Shown here: positions 36,084-44,732 of the stretch, piece after piece | How the letters are laid out: the number at the start of each line of letters is the position of its first letter | Position numbering within the stretch: the first letter of the stretch is position 1 | NCBI GenBank assembly: GCA_034439735.1 | Contig: JAWXAX010000166.1 | Coordinates: forward strand, 13,355 to 77,354 | Reading direction: 5' to 3' | Length of the DNA: 64,000 bases | Source of the DNA: Rhodothermales bacterium | Lineage (GTDB): Bacteria; Bacteroidota; Rhodothermia; Rhodothermales; JAHQVL01 | Position numbers and translations under genes: made by a program | Notes under the pieces: generated by a model | Database searches by the model: none | Told to the model about the DNA's origin: nothing | Seen by the model: the letters and a program-made list of their open reading frames with translations, nothing else

Positions 36084-36713
36084 TTGCCTATGCAGGAAAT
36101 CGAAACGATACGCGCCCGTGTGGATCGCTTCACCCACACGCTCCGTACGGCCTACCAGCGAGCCGTCCAGCCTTCGGAGGATCCACGGCCCCAGGCTACC
36201 CTGAAAATACTCCGTCAAGTGCCTTTGCTTCAGGGCTTCGGCCGGCCCGAGTTGAAAGTCCTCTCCGAAGCGCTGCACAGCCGGGAATACAAACCCGACG
36301 AGTTCATCTATCGCGAGCGCGATCCGAGTCTCGGGCTGTACTTCGTGGAGCATGGGAGTGTTCGATTTTATGTGGAAGAGACAAATGGCGCCCTGCAAGA
36401 ACTTCGGACGATCCACGAATACGGGGTGTTTGGCGAGCTGGCCGTGCTCGGCGATTTCCGCCGGCTCGAGACAGCCCAGGCTGTCAAAGAAACGCGCGTA
36501 CTCGGCTTTTTTCGCCCCGAGTTGAAGTATATGATGAAACAACAACCTCGTATTGCCGCGCTACTTCTGCACGCGCTGGGAGGGTATGTAGCCGCTCAAT
36601 ATATCGCGTACAATCGGGCGATCGCGGAGAAAGAAGGCCGCGTGGTTGCCATGAAAATGCAGGATCTCGCCGTTCAGCGTAGCGGGGCGCGCCTGACAAC
36701 ACCGGGGGGCTGA
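36084..36713 (+). CDS. Cyclic-nucleotide-binding-domain protein (stand-alone, no DNA-binding domain seen)
   Basis: cNMP-binding pattern 'LLQGFGRPELKVLSEALHSREYKPDEFIYRERDPSLGLYFVEHGSV...FGELAVL'. It starts 6 nt after the upstream stop. Confidence 0.8.
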   Translation: MPMQEIETIRARVDRFTHTLRTAYQRAVQPSEDPRPQATLKILRQVPLLQGFGRPELKVLSEALHSREYKPDEFIYRERDPSLGLYFVEHGSVRFYVEETNGALQELRTIHEYGVFGELAVLGDFRRLETAQAVKETRVLGFFRPELKYMMKQQPRIAALLLHALGGYVAAQYIAYNRAIAEKEGRVVAMKMQDLAVQRSGARLTTPGG

Positions 36714-36744
36714 TGCCTCGATCTACGACCGTCCTGTAGGAACC

Positions 36745-38145
36745 GTGAAGAAGCAAGAAGAGATTGAAGTTGTCATCGAGAAGTTTGCCGATCGCGGCAA
36801 ATCGCTCGCGCGCGTACAAGGTGTGGTCCTTTTTGTCCCCGGTGTCGTGCCGGGGGACCGCATTCGTGCCCTCGTGATTCGCAAAAAACGGAAACACGCC
36901 GAGGGGGTGATGCTCGAACTACTCGAGCCCAGTCCGCTCCGAACGACGCCCCGTTGCTCCTACTTTGGCGTTTGCGGTGGCTGTAAGTGGCAACACGTCG
37001 AATATGCCGCCCAGCTGGAAGCGAAGCGGCAAAGTGTGGTCGATGCCCTGGCCCATCTGGGCGGATTCCGAGATATACCCGTTAACCCAACGATCGGCGC
37101 GGACCCCATCTATTATTATCGTAATAAGATGGAATTCTCCTTCAGCGCCGCGCGCTGGCTCACGGCGGATGAAATTGCCTCCGGGGAAGCGTTTGATACC
37201 CGATTTGCACTGGGGCTGCACGCGCCGGGCAACTTCAGCAAGGTCATCGATCTCGCGACGTGTCACCTCCAATCTGAAGACAGCGTGACACTGGTCAACC
37301 TCATCCGTGAGGTAGCGAAGGCGAACGACTGGGAGCCGTGGGACATCCGTAAACAACACGGGTATCTGCGCCATCTGGTGATTCGTAACGGCCAGCGAAC
37401 GGGAGATCTGATGGTGAACCTGTATACGAACGGATATGAGCCGGAGCGGATTGAACGGCTCGCCATGGAAATAAAAGCCCGCGTGCCGGTGGTGACTACA
37501 TTTGTAAATAGCATCCATACGGGGCTGGCGCAAGCGGCGCTGAGTGAAGCCACGCATGTGATCTTCGGGCCGGGTGTCATCCATGATATCATCGGAGATT
37601 TTCGCTTTGAGATTGCTCCGAATGCGTTCTTCCAGACCAATACGCGTCAGGCCGAGCGGTTGTACGAGGTGGCGCGACAAAGCGCTGCGTTGAAGCCGGA
37701 CGATCTGGTGTACGACTTGTTCTGCGGCGCCGGCACTATCTCGATCTTCGTCGCTCGCGACGCCCGGCAGGTAGTCGGCATCGAAGTCGTGCCCGAGTCG
37801 ATCGCCAATGCCCGCGCCAACGCTGCCGCGAATGGGGTCCAGAACTGCTCGTTCGTGCTCGCCAATCTGGGGAAACTCAGGCTTGATCATGTCGTGGAGA
37901 AACACGGCGCGCCAGATGTGGTCATTCTGGACCCGCCGCGTGCCGGCCTGCACCCGGATCTCGTCCCCCAGTTGGCCGGCCTTGGCGCCCGGCGCATCGT
38001 CTATGTGAGCTGCAACCCACAGACCCAGGCGCGGGACCTCGCGATGCTCGGAAACACCTATCGCATCACCGACGTGCAACCGGTCGATCTCTTCCCGCAT
38101 ACCCATCATATCGAAAACGTAATCGGTCTGGAGCGTAACGACTGA
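36745..38145 (+). CDS. rlmD: 23S rRNA (uracil-C5)-methyltransferase RlmD
   Basis: TRAM domain N-terminus. Fe-S Cys cluster 'CSYFGVCGGCKWQH'. SAM motif 'DLFCGAGTISIF', 'ILDPPRAG', 'VSCNPQT'. GTG start. Confidence 0.93.
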   Translation: MKKQEEIEVVIEKFADRGKSLARVQGVVLFVPGVVPGDRIRALVIRKKRKHAEGVMLELLEPSPLRTTPRCSYFGVCGGCKWQHVEYAAQLEAKRQSVVDALAHLGGFRDIPVNPTIGADPIYYYRNKMEFSFSAARWLTADEIASGEAFDTRFALGLHAPGNFSKVIDLATCHLQSEDSVTLVNLIREVAKANDWEPWDIRKQHGYLRHLVIRNGQRTGDLMVNLYTNGYEPERIERLAMEIKARVPVVTTFVNSIHTGLAQAALSEATHVIFGPGVIHDIIGDFRFEIAPNAFFQTNTRQAERLYEVARQSAALKPDDLVYDLFCGAGTISIFVARDARQVVGIEVVPESIANARANAAANGVQNCSFVLANLGKLRLDHVVEKHGAPDVVILDPPRAGLHPDLVPQLAGLGARRIVYVSCNPQTQARDLAMLGNTYRITDVQPVDLFPHTHHIENVIGLERND

Positions 38146-38231
38146 TTACGCGTGGTCTGGAATCCTTACCCACCACGCATCGTTACGAGTAATCCGCATC
38201 CTGTCCCCCGTACAATTAAACGCGTCCGATA

Positions 38232-41200
38232 GTGAGTGCTTTAGGTTTTAATACCGGTTATATCGAAGAACTCTATAGCCAGTATCTCATCGATCCCCAG
38301 AGCGTCAGCGAAAGCTGGCAGGAATTCTTCGCCGACTACCAGCCTTCGGAGTCCTTCGTGGCCGTCCAGACGGCACGGTCGTTCCAGGTGGCGTCGCCGA
38401 AACCCGTAAGTGCCGCCGCCGAACCCGCCCTGGCGCCGTCGGTCGTCCCGGCGGAAGGTGATGGCGCGCCGGCCGATACAGCGGTAACCCCCCCGCTTGG
38501 CGACGATGTCGAGCTTGTGCCGCTGCGCGGCGCCAGCGCGAAAATCGTCGAGAACATGGAAGCGAGCCTCGGCGTGCCCACGGCGACGTCCGTCCGGACG
38601 ATCCCGGTTCGGCTCATGTCCGAGAACCGCGCCCTGATCAACGACTATCAGCGGTATGTCGGCGGCGAGAAGGTATCGTTCACGCACCTCGTCGCCTGGG
38701 CGGTGATCAAAGGACTGAAGTGCTTTTCCAGTCTGAATACGAGCATCCGCACCGTCAACGGCACGCCGCAGCAGGTCGTCCCCCGAGGGACGAACCTCGG
38801 ACTGGCGATCGACATGGAACGACGCGGCAAGCGCGTGTTGTTTGTGCCGAACATCAAGGGGGCGGACCAGATCAATTTCCTCCGGCTGCTGGGTGTCTAC
38901 AACGACATCGTGAAACGCGCTCGGGACGGGAAGCTGACGCCGTCGGATTTTGAAGGCACGACGGCGACGTTGACCAATCCCGGCATGATCGGGACGGTCC
39001 TGAGCGTGCCTCGGCTAATGCCGGGGCAGGGAGTGATCGTCGGGGTCGGGGCCATCGGATATCCGCCCGAATATGAGGCCGTGCCGCCGGAGATCATCAA
39101 GAAAATGGGGATCTCGGAAGTGATGGCGATCACCTCCACATACGATCACCGGGTGATCCAGGGAGCGGAAAGCGGCGCTTTCCTGGCCTATGTGTCCGAG
39201 TTGCTCCTGGGCAAACACGATTTCTACCGGGAGATTTTTACCGATCTGGGCATTCCGTACCAGCCCTATGCCATGGCCACGGACTCGACCCCTTACTTCG
39301 TGCGTGAAGGAGGGCGGGATTCCGAGATGGATCTCATCCACAAACAGGCCAGCGTGCTCCAGTTCATCCGCAGCTGCCGCAGTCGCGGCCATCTCCAGGC
39401 GGATGTGAATCCGCTCGGGTACAACTGGGCCTACCATCCGGATCTCGATCCGGCGACGTATGGATTGACGATCTGGGATCTAGATCGGCGGTTCATCACC
39501 GGAGGGCTCGGCGGGCAGGATATCCTCACGTTGCGCGAGGTAACGGATATCCTGCGGCAAACCTATGCCCGCAAGATCGGCGTGGAGTATATGCATATCT
39601 CCGAGCCGGCAGAGAAACGGTGGCTTCAGGAGCGCATCGAACCCTCGCGGGGCGTGGATTCGCTTTCGGATCGGGAGAAGCGCCGCGTGTTACATCGTCT
39701 GAATGCGGCCGAAGCGTTTGAACGTTTCCTGCACACGAAGTACATCGGGCACAAACGGTTCTCGCTCGAGGGATCCGAGACCATGATCCCGATGATAGAC
39801 GCCATGTTGTCCGACGCTGCCGACCAGGAGGTCCAGGAAGTCGTGATCGGGATGGCGCATCGGGGCCGGCTCAACGTGTTAGCCAATATCCTCAATAAGC
39901 CCTACGAAGTCATCTTCTCTGAATTCGAGGGCAGCATCGATCCCAGCACGACGCAAGGTTCAGGTGATGTGAAGTACCACTTGGGCGCGCGCGGCGTGCA
40001 CGAAGCACCCAGTGGGGCGACCGTCAAGATTGCGCTTGCGTCCAACCCCAGCCATCTGGAAGCCGTGAATCCGGTGGTGGAAGGGATGGTGCGAGCGAAG
40101 CAGGACCTGATGCGGCTCGCGAACGCCGAGGCGCCGGGGGGCGACTACAAGGACGCGGTGATACCGCTTCTCATCCATGGCGATGCCGCGTTTGCCGGCC
40201 AGGGTGTCGTGGCGGAAACCCTCAATTTGAGTCAGCTCCGGGGGTATACCACGGGAGGCACGCTCCATCTGGTCATCAACAACCAGATCGGGTTTACGAC
40301 AAACGCCAGCGATGCACGCAGCTCGACGTATGCGACCGACCTGGCGCGGATGATCCAGGCGCCGATCTTCCATGTCAACGGCGACGACCCGGAGTCGTGT
40401 GTCCGGATCATGCGGCTGGCGCTGGATTTCCGTCAGGTGTTCAACAAGGACGTCGTGATCGATCTGCTCTGTTACCGCGTTCACGGTCATAACGAAGGGG
40501 ACGAGCCCACCTATACGCAACCCCTGCTATACAAGAAGATCGAGGGCAAGCGATCCGTCCGGAAGTTGTACACCGAGTTGCTGGTTCGTCGCGGCGATAT
40601 GGGGCTCGACGAGGCCGAGAAAATGCTCGATGACTATCGCGGTCTGCTACAGGAAGCGTTTGATCGGGTTAAGGCGCTCAAAGAGAACAAGCAGGAGTTG
40701 AAGGTGCTGCCTCGACGGCGAGAAGTGCGCGTGGAGCCGCCGGTCGTGACGGCCGCCAACCGGGAGGATCTGGCGGCGACCGTTCGCTCGCTCGTTCAAT
40801 TTCCCGCCGGCTTCAATGTGCACGAAAAGCTCGTGCGTCAGTTCGAGCGGCGGGATGTGCAGTTTGCTGAGGAGAAGAAAATCGATTGGGCGTTTGCCGA
40901 GGCCCTCGCGCTCGGATCGCTGCTGCTGGAAGGAACCTACGTGCGTCTGGCCGGCCAGGACTCACGCCGCGGGACGTTCAGCCATCGCCATGCGGTGCTC
41001 TACGATCAGCAGTCGGGTGCCGAGTATATTCCGCTGAACAACATCCGAGAGGGTCAGGCGTCGTTGCTGATTTACGATAGCTTTCTTTCCGAATATGCGG
41101 CGTGTGGGTTCGAGTACGGCTACTCTGTCGCGAATCCGGAGGCGTTGGTTATCTGGGAAGCGCAGTTTGGCGACTTCGCCAACGGGGCGCAGATCATCTA

Positions 41201-41933
41201 CGATCAGTTTCTAAGCGCCGCTGAAGAGAAGTGGGGGCAACAGAGCCGTCTGGTGCTGTTACTCCCCCACGGCTATGAAGGCCAGGGCCCCGAGCACTCC
41301 TCGGCTCGCCTCGAACGATTCCTTCAATTGTGTGCGGAGGATAACCTGATCGTGGGCAACTTCACCACGCCGGCCAATTTTTTCCATGCGCTGCGCCGGC
41401 AGGTGAAAAACACGATCGCCAGGCCTCTCGTGGTGATGTCTCCCAAGAGCCTCATTCGCCACCCGCTGGCCGTCTCGCCGTCAGAGGATTTCTACGAAGG
41501 CGCTTTCCAGCCCGTGATTTCAGCCGAAGGGACCGACCCCGAGCGTGTGGAGCGGCACCTATTCTGCGGGGGGAAAGTGTACTACGACATCATGCAGACG
41601 CTCCGGAAACAAGAAGGGTTGGCCGAGAGAATAGCCGTCACCCGGGTCGAACAATTTTATCCGTTCCCCGAAGAAGAAATCGCCGCCGAGCTCGAGCGGT
41701 ATCGAAATGCACATACCGTCGTCTGGGTACAGGAGGAGTCTGCCAACATGGGCGCCTGGTCGTTCCTGCGGCACCGGCTCGATGCGGCGCTGGAACGGCT
41801 ACACGGACCCTGTGGCCGGCGACTTGCCTATGCGGGCCGCGCGGCGAGCGCCAGTACGGCTACCGGAAGCGCAAAAGTGCACCAGCAGCAACAAGATGCA
41901 CTGGTGCACGAAGCCCTCGGGCTCGAGGCTTGA
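38232..41933 (+). CDS. Multifunctional 2-oxoglutarate dehydrogenase E1 fused to an E2-type acyltransferase domain (Kgd/OdhA-type)
   Basis: SucA N-terminus 'FNTGYIEELYSQYLIDPQSVSESWQEFF'. E2 catalytic domain 'PLRGASAKIVENMEASLGVPTATS...TSTYDHRVIQGAESGAFL'. A long E1o/TPP region follows ('RFSLEGSE', 'GMAHRGRLNVL', 'HGDAAFAGQG', 'LLPHGYEGQGPEHSSARLERFLQ'). No lipoyl domain. GTG start. Confidence 0.95.
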   Translation: MSALGFNTGYIEELYSQYLIDPQSVSESWQEFFADYQPSESFVAVQTARSFQVASPKPVSAAAEPALAPSVVPAEGDGAPADTAVTPPLGDDVELVPLRGASAKIVENMEASLGVPTATSVRTIPVRLMSENRALINDYQRYVGGEKVSFTHLVAWAVIKGLKCFSSLNTSIRTVNGTPQQVVPRGTNLGLAIDMERRGKRVLFVPNIKGADQINFLRLLGVYNDIVKRARDGKLTPSDFEGTTATLTNPGMIGTVLSVPRLMPGQGVIVGVGAIGYPPEYEAVPPEIIKKMGISEVMAITSTYDHRVIQGAESGAFLAYVSELLLGKHDFYREIFTDLGIPYQPYAMATDSTPYFVREGGRDSEMDLIHKQASVLQFIRSCRSRGHLQADVNPLGYNWAYHPDLDPATYGLTIWDLDRRFITGGLGGQDILTLREVTDILRQTYARKIGVEYMHISEPAEKRWLQERIEPSRGVDSLSDREKRRVLHRLNAAEAFERFLHTKYIGHKRFSLEGSETMIPMIDAMLSDAADQEVQEVVIGMAHRGRLNVLANILNKPYEVIFSEFEGSIDPSTTQGSGDVKYHLGARGVHEAPSGATVKIALASNPSHLEAVNPVVEGMVRAKQDLMRLANAEAPGGDYKDAVIPLLIHGDAAFAGQGVVAETLNLSQLRGYTTGGTLHLVINNQIGFTTNASDARSSTYATDLARMIQAPIFHVNGDDPESCVRIMRLALDFRQVFNKDVVIDLLCYRVHGHNEGDEPTYTQPLLYKKIEGKRSVRKLYTELLVRRGDMGLDEAEKMLDDYRGLLQEAFDRVKALKENKQELKVLPRRREVRVEPPVVTAANREDLAATVRSLVQFPAGFNVHEKLVRQFERRDVQFAEEKKIDWAFAEALALGSLLLEGTYVRLAGQDSRRGTFSHRHAVLYDQQSGAEYIPLNNIREGQASLLIYDSFLSEYAACGFEYGYSVANPEALVIWEAQFGDFANGAQIIYDQFLSAAEEKWGQQSRLVLLLPHGYEGQGPEHSSARLERFLQLCAEDNLIVGNFTTPANFFHALRRQVKNTIARPLVVMSPKSLIRHPLAVSPSEDFYEGAFQPVISAEGTDPERVERHLFCGGKVYYDIMQTLRKQEGLAERIAVTRVEQFYPFPEEEIAAELERYRNAHTVVWVQEESANMGAWSFLRHRLDAALERLHGPCGRRLAYAGRAASASTATGSAKVHQQQQDALVHEALGLEA

Positions 41934-41954
41934 CGAAAAAAACCAGCGTATGCG

Positions 41955-41999
41955 GCGTGATTCGTGATGGCGTGATGTACGCGCGGTCACGAATCACGC
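41955..41999. terminator. 13-bp perfect inverted repeat between convergent genes (possible bidirectional terminator)
   Basis: GCGTGATTCGTGA (41955-41967), a 19-nt loop, then TCACGAATCACGC (41987-41999). On the minus strand a T7 run follows 12 nt after the hairpin (complement of 41936-41942). No T-run follows on the plus strand. Confidence 0.45.
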
Positions 42000-42063
42000 A
42001 ACGCATGGAGCCTGCCAGGCGGCGAACACCGTACGAGCGCGAATACCGTACGAGTCCGTGAAC

Positions 42064-42258
42064 TCAAAACGTCCGCGAACGCTTGCGTGAGTTGCGGGCC
42101 GCTTTTTCGCGGGCAAGCCGGCGCTCTTCGGACGGTTTTGTATAGGCCATGTTCGCACGGAACATGCGGAGGACACGGCTCCGGTTTACGGCGCGCTTGA
42201 AACGGCGCAGCGCGCGGTCAATCGATTCGTTGTCGCGAACTTTAATTCCTACTGCCAA
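42064..42258 (-). CDS. rpsU: 30S ribosomal protein S21
   Basis: 'AVGIKVRDNESIDRALRRFKRAVNRSRVLR...KPSEERRLAREKAARNSRKR'. TTG is the only in-frame start between an upstream TGA and the conserved N-terminus. Confidence 0.92.
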   Translation of the reverse strand: MAVGIKVRDNESIDRALRRFKRAVNRSRVLRMFRANMAYTKPSEERRLAREKAARNSRKRSRTF

Positions 42259-42311
42259 GTGCGTTCTCTCTTTTTCTTGGTTTTGGTTTCGGGTTGAAGG
42301 AACAGCAAAGA

Positions 42312-42340
42312 ATAATACAGCGATTTGTTCCGCTCGTCAA
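42312..42340 (-). promoter_or_regulatory. Sigma70-type promoter of rpsU
   Basis: Minus strand reads TTGACG (42340-42335), 17 nt spacer, TATTAT (42317-42312). It lies about 54 nt upstream of the TTG start. Confidence 0.55.
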
Positions 42341-42373
42341 GTAACTTGACCGAGTCTTTACGAGGTAAAGCAA

Positions 42374-42409
42374 GAAAGCCACGCAGCCTGAACGAACTGC
42401 GTGGCTTTC
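42374..42409 (-). terminator. Intrinsic terminator of the 42436-42861 gene
   Basis: 13-bp stem GAAAGCCACGCAG / CTGCGTGGCTTTC with a 10-nt loop. The minus strand continues TTGCTTTACC (U-rich). Confidence 0.6.
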
Positions 42410-42435
42410 TACGGAATGTGGCGGGGCGCTGGGGG

Positions 42436-42861
42436 TCACCCACCAAAATAGTCGGCCAACACCGTTCTCGTGAGGTGTTCTATGCGGGGGGAGGTCTCGT
42501 ACCGGACGAGCGTATTGAGTCGGCGCATGCCGGCCTCATCTCCAATCGCATGGAGCGCCATCAGCGCCAGGGTGCGACGCGCCTCCTTGTCATCCTTCTG
42601 GTAGACATCGAGTATCTTTGGGATGGCAGGATCCAGCGTCATCTTGCCGGGGTAGTGGGCCGCGTAGAAGATGATGTTGCTCAGCGCCTGTTCCTGAATA
42701 CGGGGGATCGGTGAATCGAGCGATACAATCATCTGCTTACCAAACGCATCCCACCACGCGGGGGACTTACTTTCAAGGGGACTCTGTGCGGACGCAAAAA
42801 GCGGGAAGGCCAGGGTGATGACAAGCGCCAGCATACCTGGCCGATTAAGGATGTGTTTCAT
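42436..42861 (-). CDS. Hypothetical secreted protein (helical/HEAT-like)
   Basis: The ATG at 42861 gives the signal peptide 'MKHILNRPGMLALVITLAFPLFASAQ'. The ORF-track start at 42954 would overlap rdgB's upstream region. Confidence 0.6.
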   Translation of the reverse strand: MKHILNRPGMLALVITLAFPLFASAQSPLESKSPAWWDAFGKQMIVSLDSPIPRIQEQALSNIIFYAAHYPGKMTLDPAIPKILDVYQKDDKEARRTLALMALHAIGDEAGMRRLNTLVRYETSPRIEHLTRTVLADYFGG

Positions 42862-42976
42862 GATGCTCCCTCCCTCAAGGGATCGTCGATTTGGTTGGCA
42901 GAAGGCTACGGAAGGGCTTCCAGTCGGGTTACGTAGGTGCGAAAAATTTAACACTCAACCGTATGAGAGGGCAGAC

Positions 42977-43573
42977 ATGAAGCTGGTCCTGGCCACACGG
43001 AATGCCGGCAAAGTCGCTGAAATGCGCGCTCTGCTGGGCGGCCTGGTTGTCGAGGTGCTGGGGGTGGACGCGTTTCCAGGGATCGGAGAGGTTGAGGAAG
43101 ACGCACCTACCCTGGCCGGGAATGCCTCCAAAAAAGCGCGTGAGGTATTCGCCTTTACGGGGTTGCCGTCGCTGGCCGACGACACCGGACTGGAGGTGCG
43201 GGCGCTGGGAGGCCGGCCGGGCGTCCACTCGGCCCGTTATGCCGGGGAGGACGCCAACCCCGTCGCCAACAGGCGGCGGCTCCTGGCGGAGCTGCAGGGT
43301 GCCGGGGATCGATCGGCACGCTTCACGACCGTGCTGGCGTACCACGACGGCGAGCAGGTGTATCTGTTCGAAGGTTTGTGCGAGGGCCGCATCGAGGTGG
43401 CCGAGCGCGGTGACGGCGGCTTCGGGTACGATCCCCTCTTTCTGCCGGATGGCGAGTCGCAGACATTTGCCGAACTGCCGGCGGCGCGAAAAAACACCAT
43501 CAGCCACCGGGGGCGTGCCATGATGTTATTTCGAACATTCCTGATCGAGCGGCTTACCGCTACGGGCACATGA
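42977..43573 (+). CDS. rdgB: Non-canonical purine NTP pyrophosphatase (RdgB/HAM1)
   Basis: 'MKLVLATRNAGKVAEM', 'SLADDTGLEV', 'GRPGVHSARYAG', 'GGFGYDPLF', 'ISHRGRA'. The ORF-track start at 42815 is rejected. Confidence 0.92.
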   Translation: MKLVLATRNAGKVAEMRALLGGLVVEVLGVDAFPGIGEVEEDAPTLAGNASKKAREVFAFTGLPSLADDTGLEVRALGGRPGVHSARYAGEDANPVANRRRLLAELQGAGDRSARFTTVLAYHDGEQVYLFEGLCEGRIEVAERGDGGFGYDPLFLPDGESQTFAELPAARKNTISHRGRAMMLFRTFLIERLTATGT

Positions 43574-44046
43574 TTATTCTGGTTCAACGGGTGTCCGAAG
43601 CCCGCGTAGATATCAAAGGCGAAACGACGGCCTCGATCGGCGCGGGGATGCTCATTCTCATTGGGGTCCATGTCGCGGACTCCGAGCGCGAAGCGGAGGC
43701 GCTTGCTCGAAAGTGCGCCCAGCTTCGAATTTTCGCGGATGATGACGGGAAAATGAACCGGTCATTGCTCGATTGCGGCGGTGATGCGCTGGTCGTTTCA
43801 CAATTCACGCTGTACGGGGATGCCGCACGCGGGAATCGGCCCTCCTTCACCCGATCGGCGCCGCCTGAGAAAGGGGAGCGCCTGTACCGGCATTTTGTCG
43901 ATGCGCTCAGCGAGGCGCTCGGCCGGCCCGTGCCGACCGGCGTATTCGGCGCCTCGATGCAGGTTCGCCTCATCAACGACGGGCCTGTCACCCTGTGGCT
44001 CGAAAAAAAGGCTCCCGATGCCTCGAGTGAGATCCCTGTAAGGTAG
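43570..44046 (+). CDS. dtd: D-aminoacyl-tRNA deacylase
   Basis: 'MIILVQRVSEARV', 'GMLILIGV', 'VSQFTLYGD...GNRPSF', 'NDGPVT'. An ATGA overlap with the rdgB stop suggests translational coupling. Confidence 0.93.
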   Translation: MIILVQRVSEARVDIKGETTASIGAGMLILIGVHVADSEREAEALARKCAQLRIFADDDGKMNRSLLDCGGDALVVSQFTLYGDAARGNRPSFTRSAPPEKGERLYRHFVDALSEALGRPVPTGVFGASMQVRLINDGPVTLWLEKKAPDASSEIPVR

Positions 44047-44212
44047 GTTTCCTGCAGACGAGCACTACATTCCAGCTACCCCAGGCGCTTCCAGGTAAAT
44101 TTGTCCGACGGCAGCGATTCTATGGGTACGTGACCTTGTCGTTGGATGGGCCGGGGAGTATCTTCCTGGGCAGACCCCCTGGTCACCTTCATCTATTGCA
44201 GATAGGAATTGT

Positions 44213-44704
44213 ATGACTGACGCACCATCGCTCACGCACGTCGACCCACAGGGCGGCGTGCGCATGGTAGACGTTGCGGAGAAATCCGTCACCGCGCGTA
44301 CGGCGGTTGCCGCCGGCAAAGTGATCCTTGGCGAGGAGGCCTTCCGGCTTGTGGCCGAAAATAAGATCCGAAAAGGGGACGTGTTAACTGTGGCGCAAAT
44401 CGCCGGCATCCTGGGGGCCAAACAGACGAGCAAACTGATCCCTCTCTGTCACGATGTGGCGCTTAAAGGGGTTGACGTAGTGCTGACGCTACGGGAGGAA
44501 GATTACTCGGTCGATATTCGCGCCCTGACCAAAACGCTCGGGCCGACCGGGGTGGAAATGGAGGCGCTGACAGCTGTATCCGTGACCGCGCTCACGGTCT
44601 ATGATATGTGTAAGTCGGTCTCAAAGGGCATTCGCATTATGGATATCCACCTGCTCGCCAAAACCGGCGGGCAAAGTGGCGACTACCGAAAGGAAGAACG
44701 CTAG
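44213..44704 (+). CDS. moaC: Cyclic pyranopterin monophosphate synthase MoaC
   Basis: '[18 protein letters not shown]', '[13 protein letters not shown]', 'LIPLCH', '[22 protein letters not shown]'. Confidence 0.93.
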   Translation: MTDAPSLTHVDPQGGVRMVDVAEKSVTARTAVAAGKVILGEEAFRLVAENKIRKGDVLTVAQIAGILGAKQTSKLIPLCHDVALKGVDVVLTLREEDYSVDIRALTKTLGPTGVEMEALTAVSVTALTVYDMCKSVSKGIRIMDIHLLAKTGGQSGDYRKEER

Positions 44705-44732
44705 GGTTCACGTTTATTTACAGGGACGACTC

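Noticed and set aside
36919-38109. 396-aa ORF antisense to rlmD. Similar shadow ORFs exist at 8815-9975, 55660-56715 and 58705-59688
   Set aside because: They are shadow ORFs opposite well-supported genes (rlmD, GH13 amylase, uvrB, histidine kinase). No independent evidence supports them.
44047-44212. Possible molybdenum-cofactor (Moco) riboswitch in the 166-nt moaC leader
   Set aside because: I see only short local pairings (GTGACC/GGTCAC). I could not find the conserved Moco-motif core sequences as I remember them. It needs an Infernal scan (RF01055) before any claim can be made.
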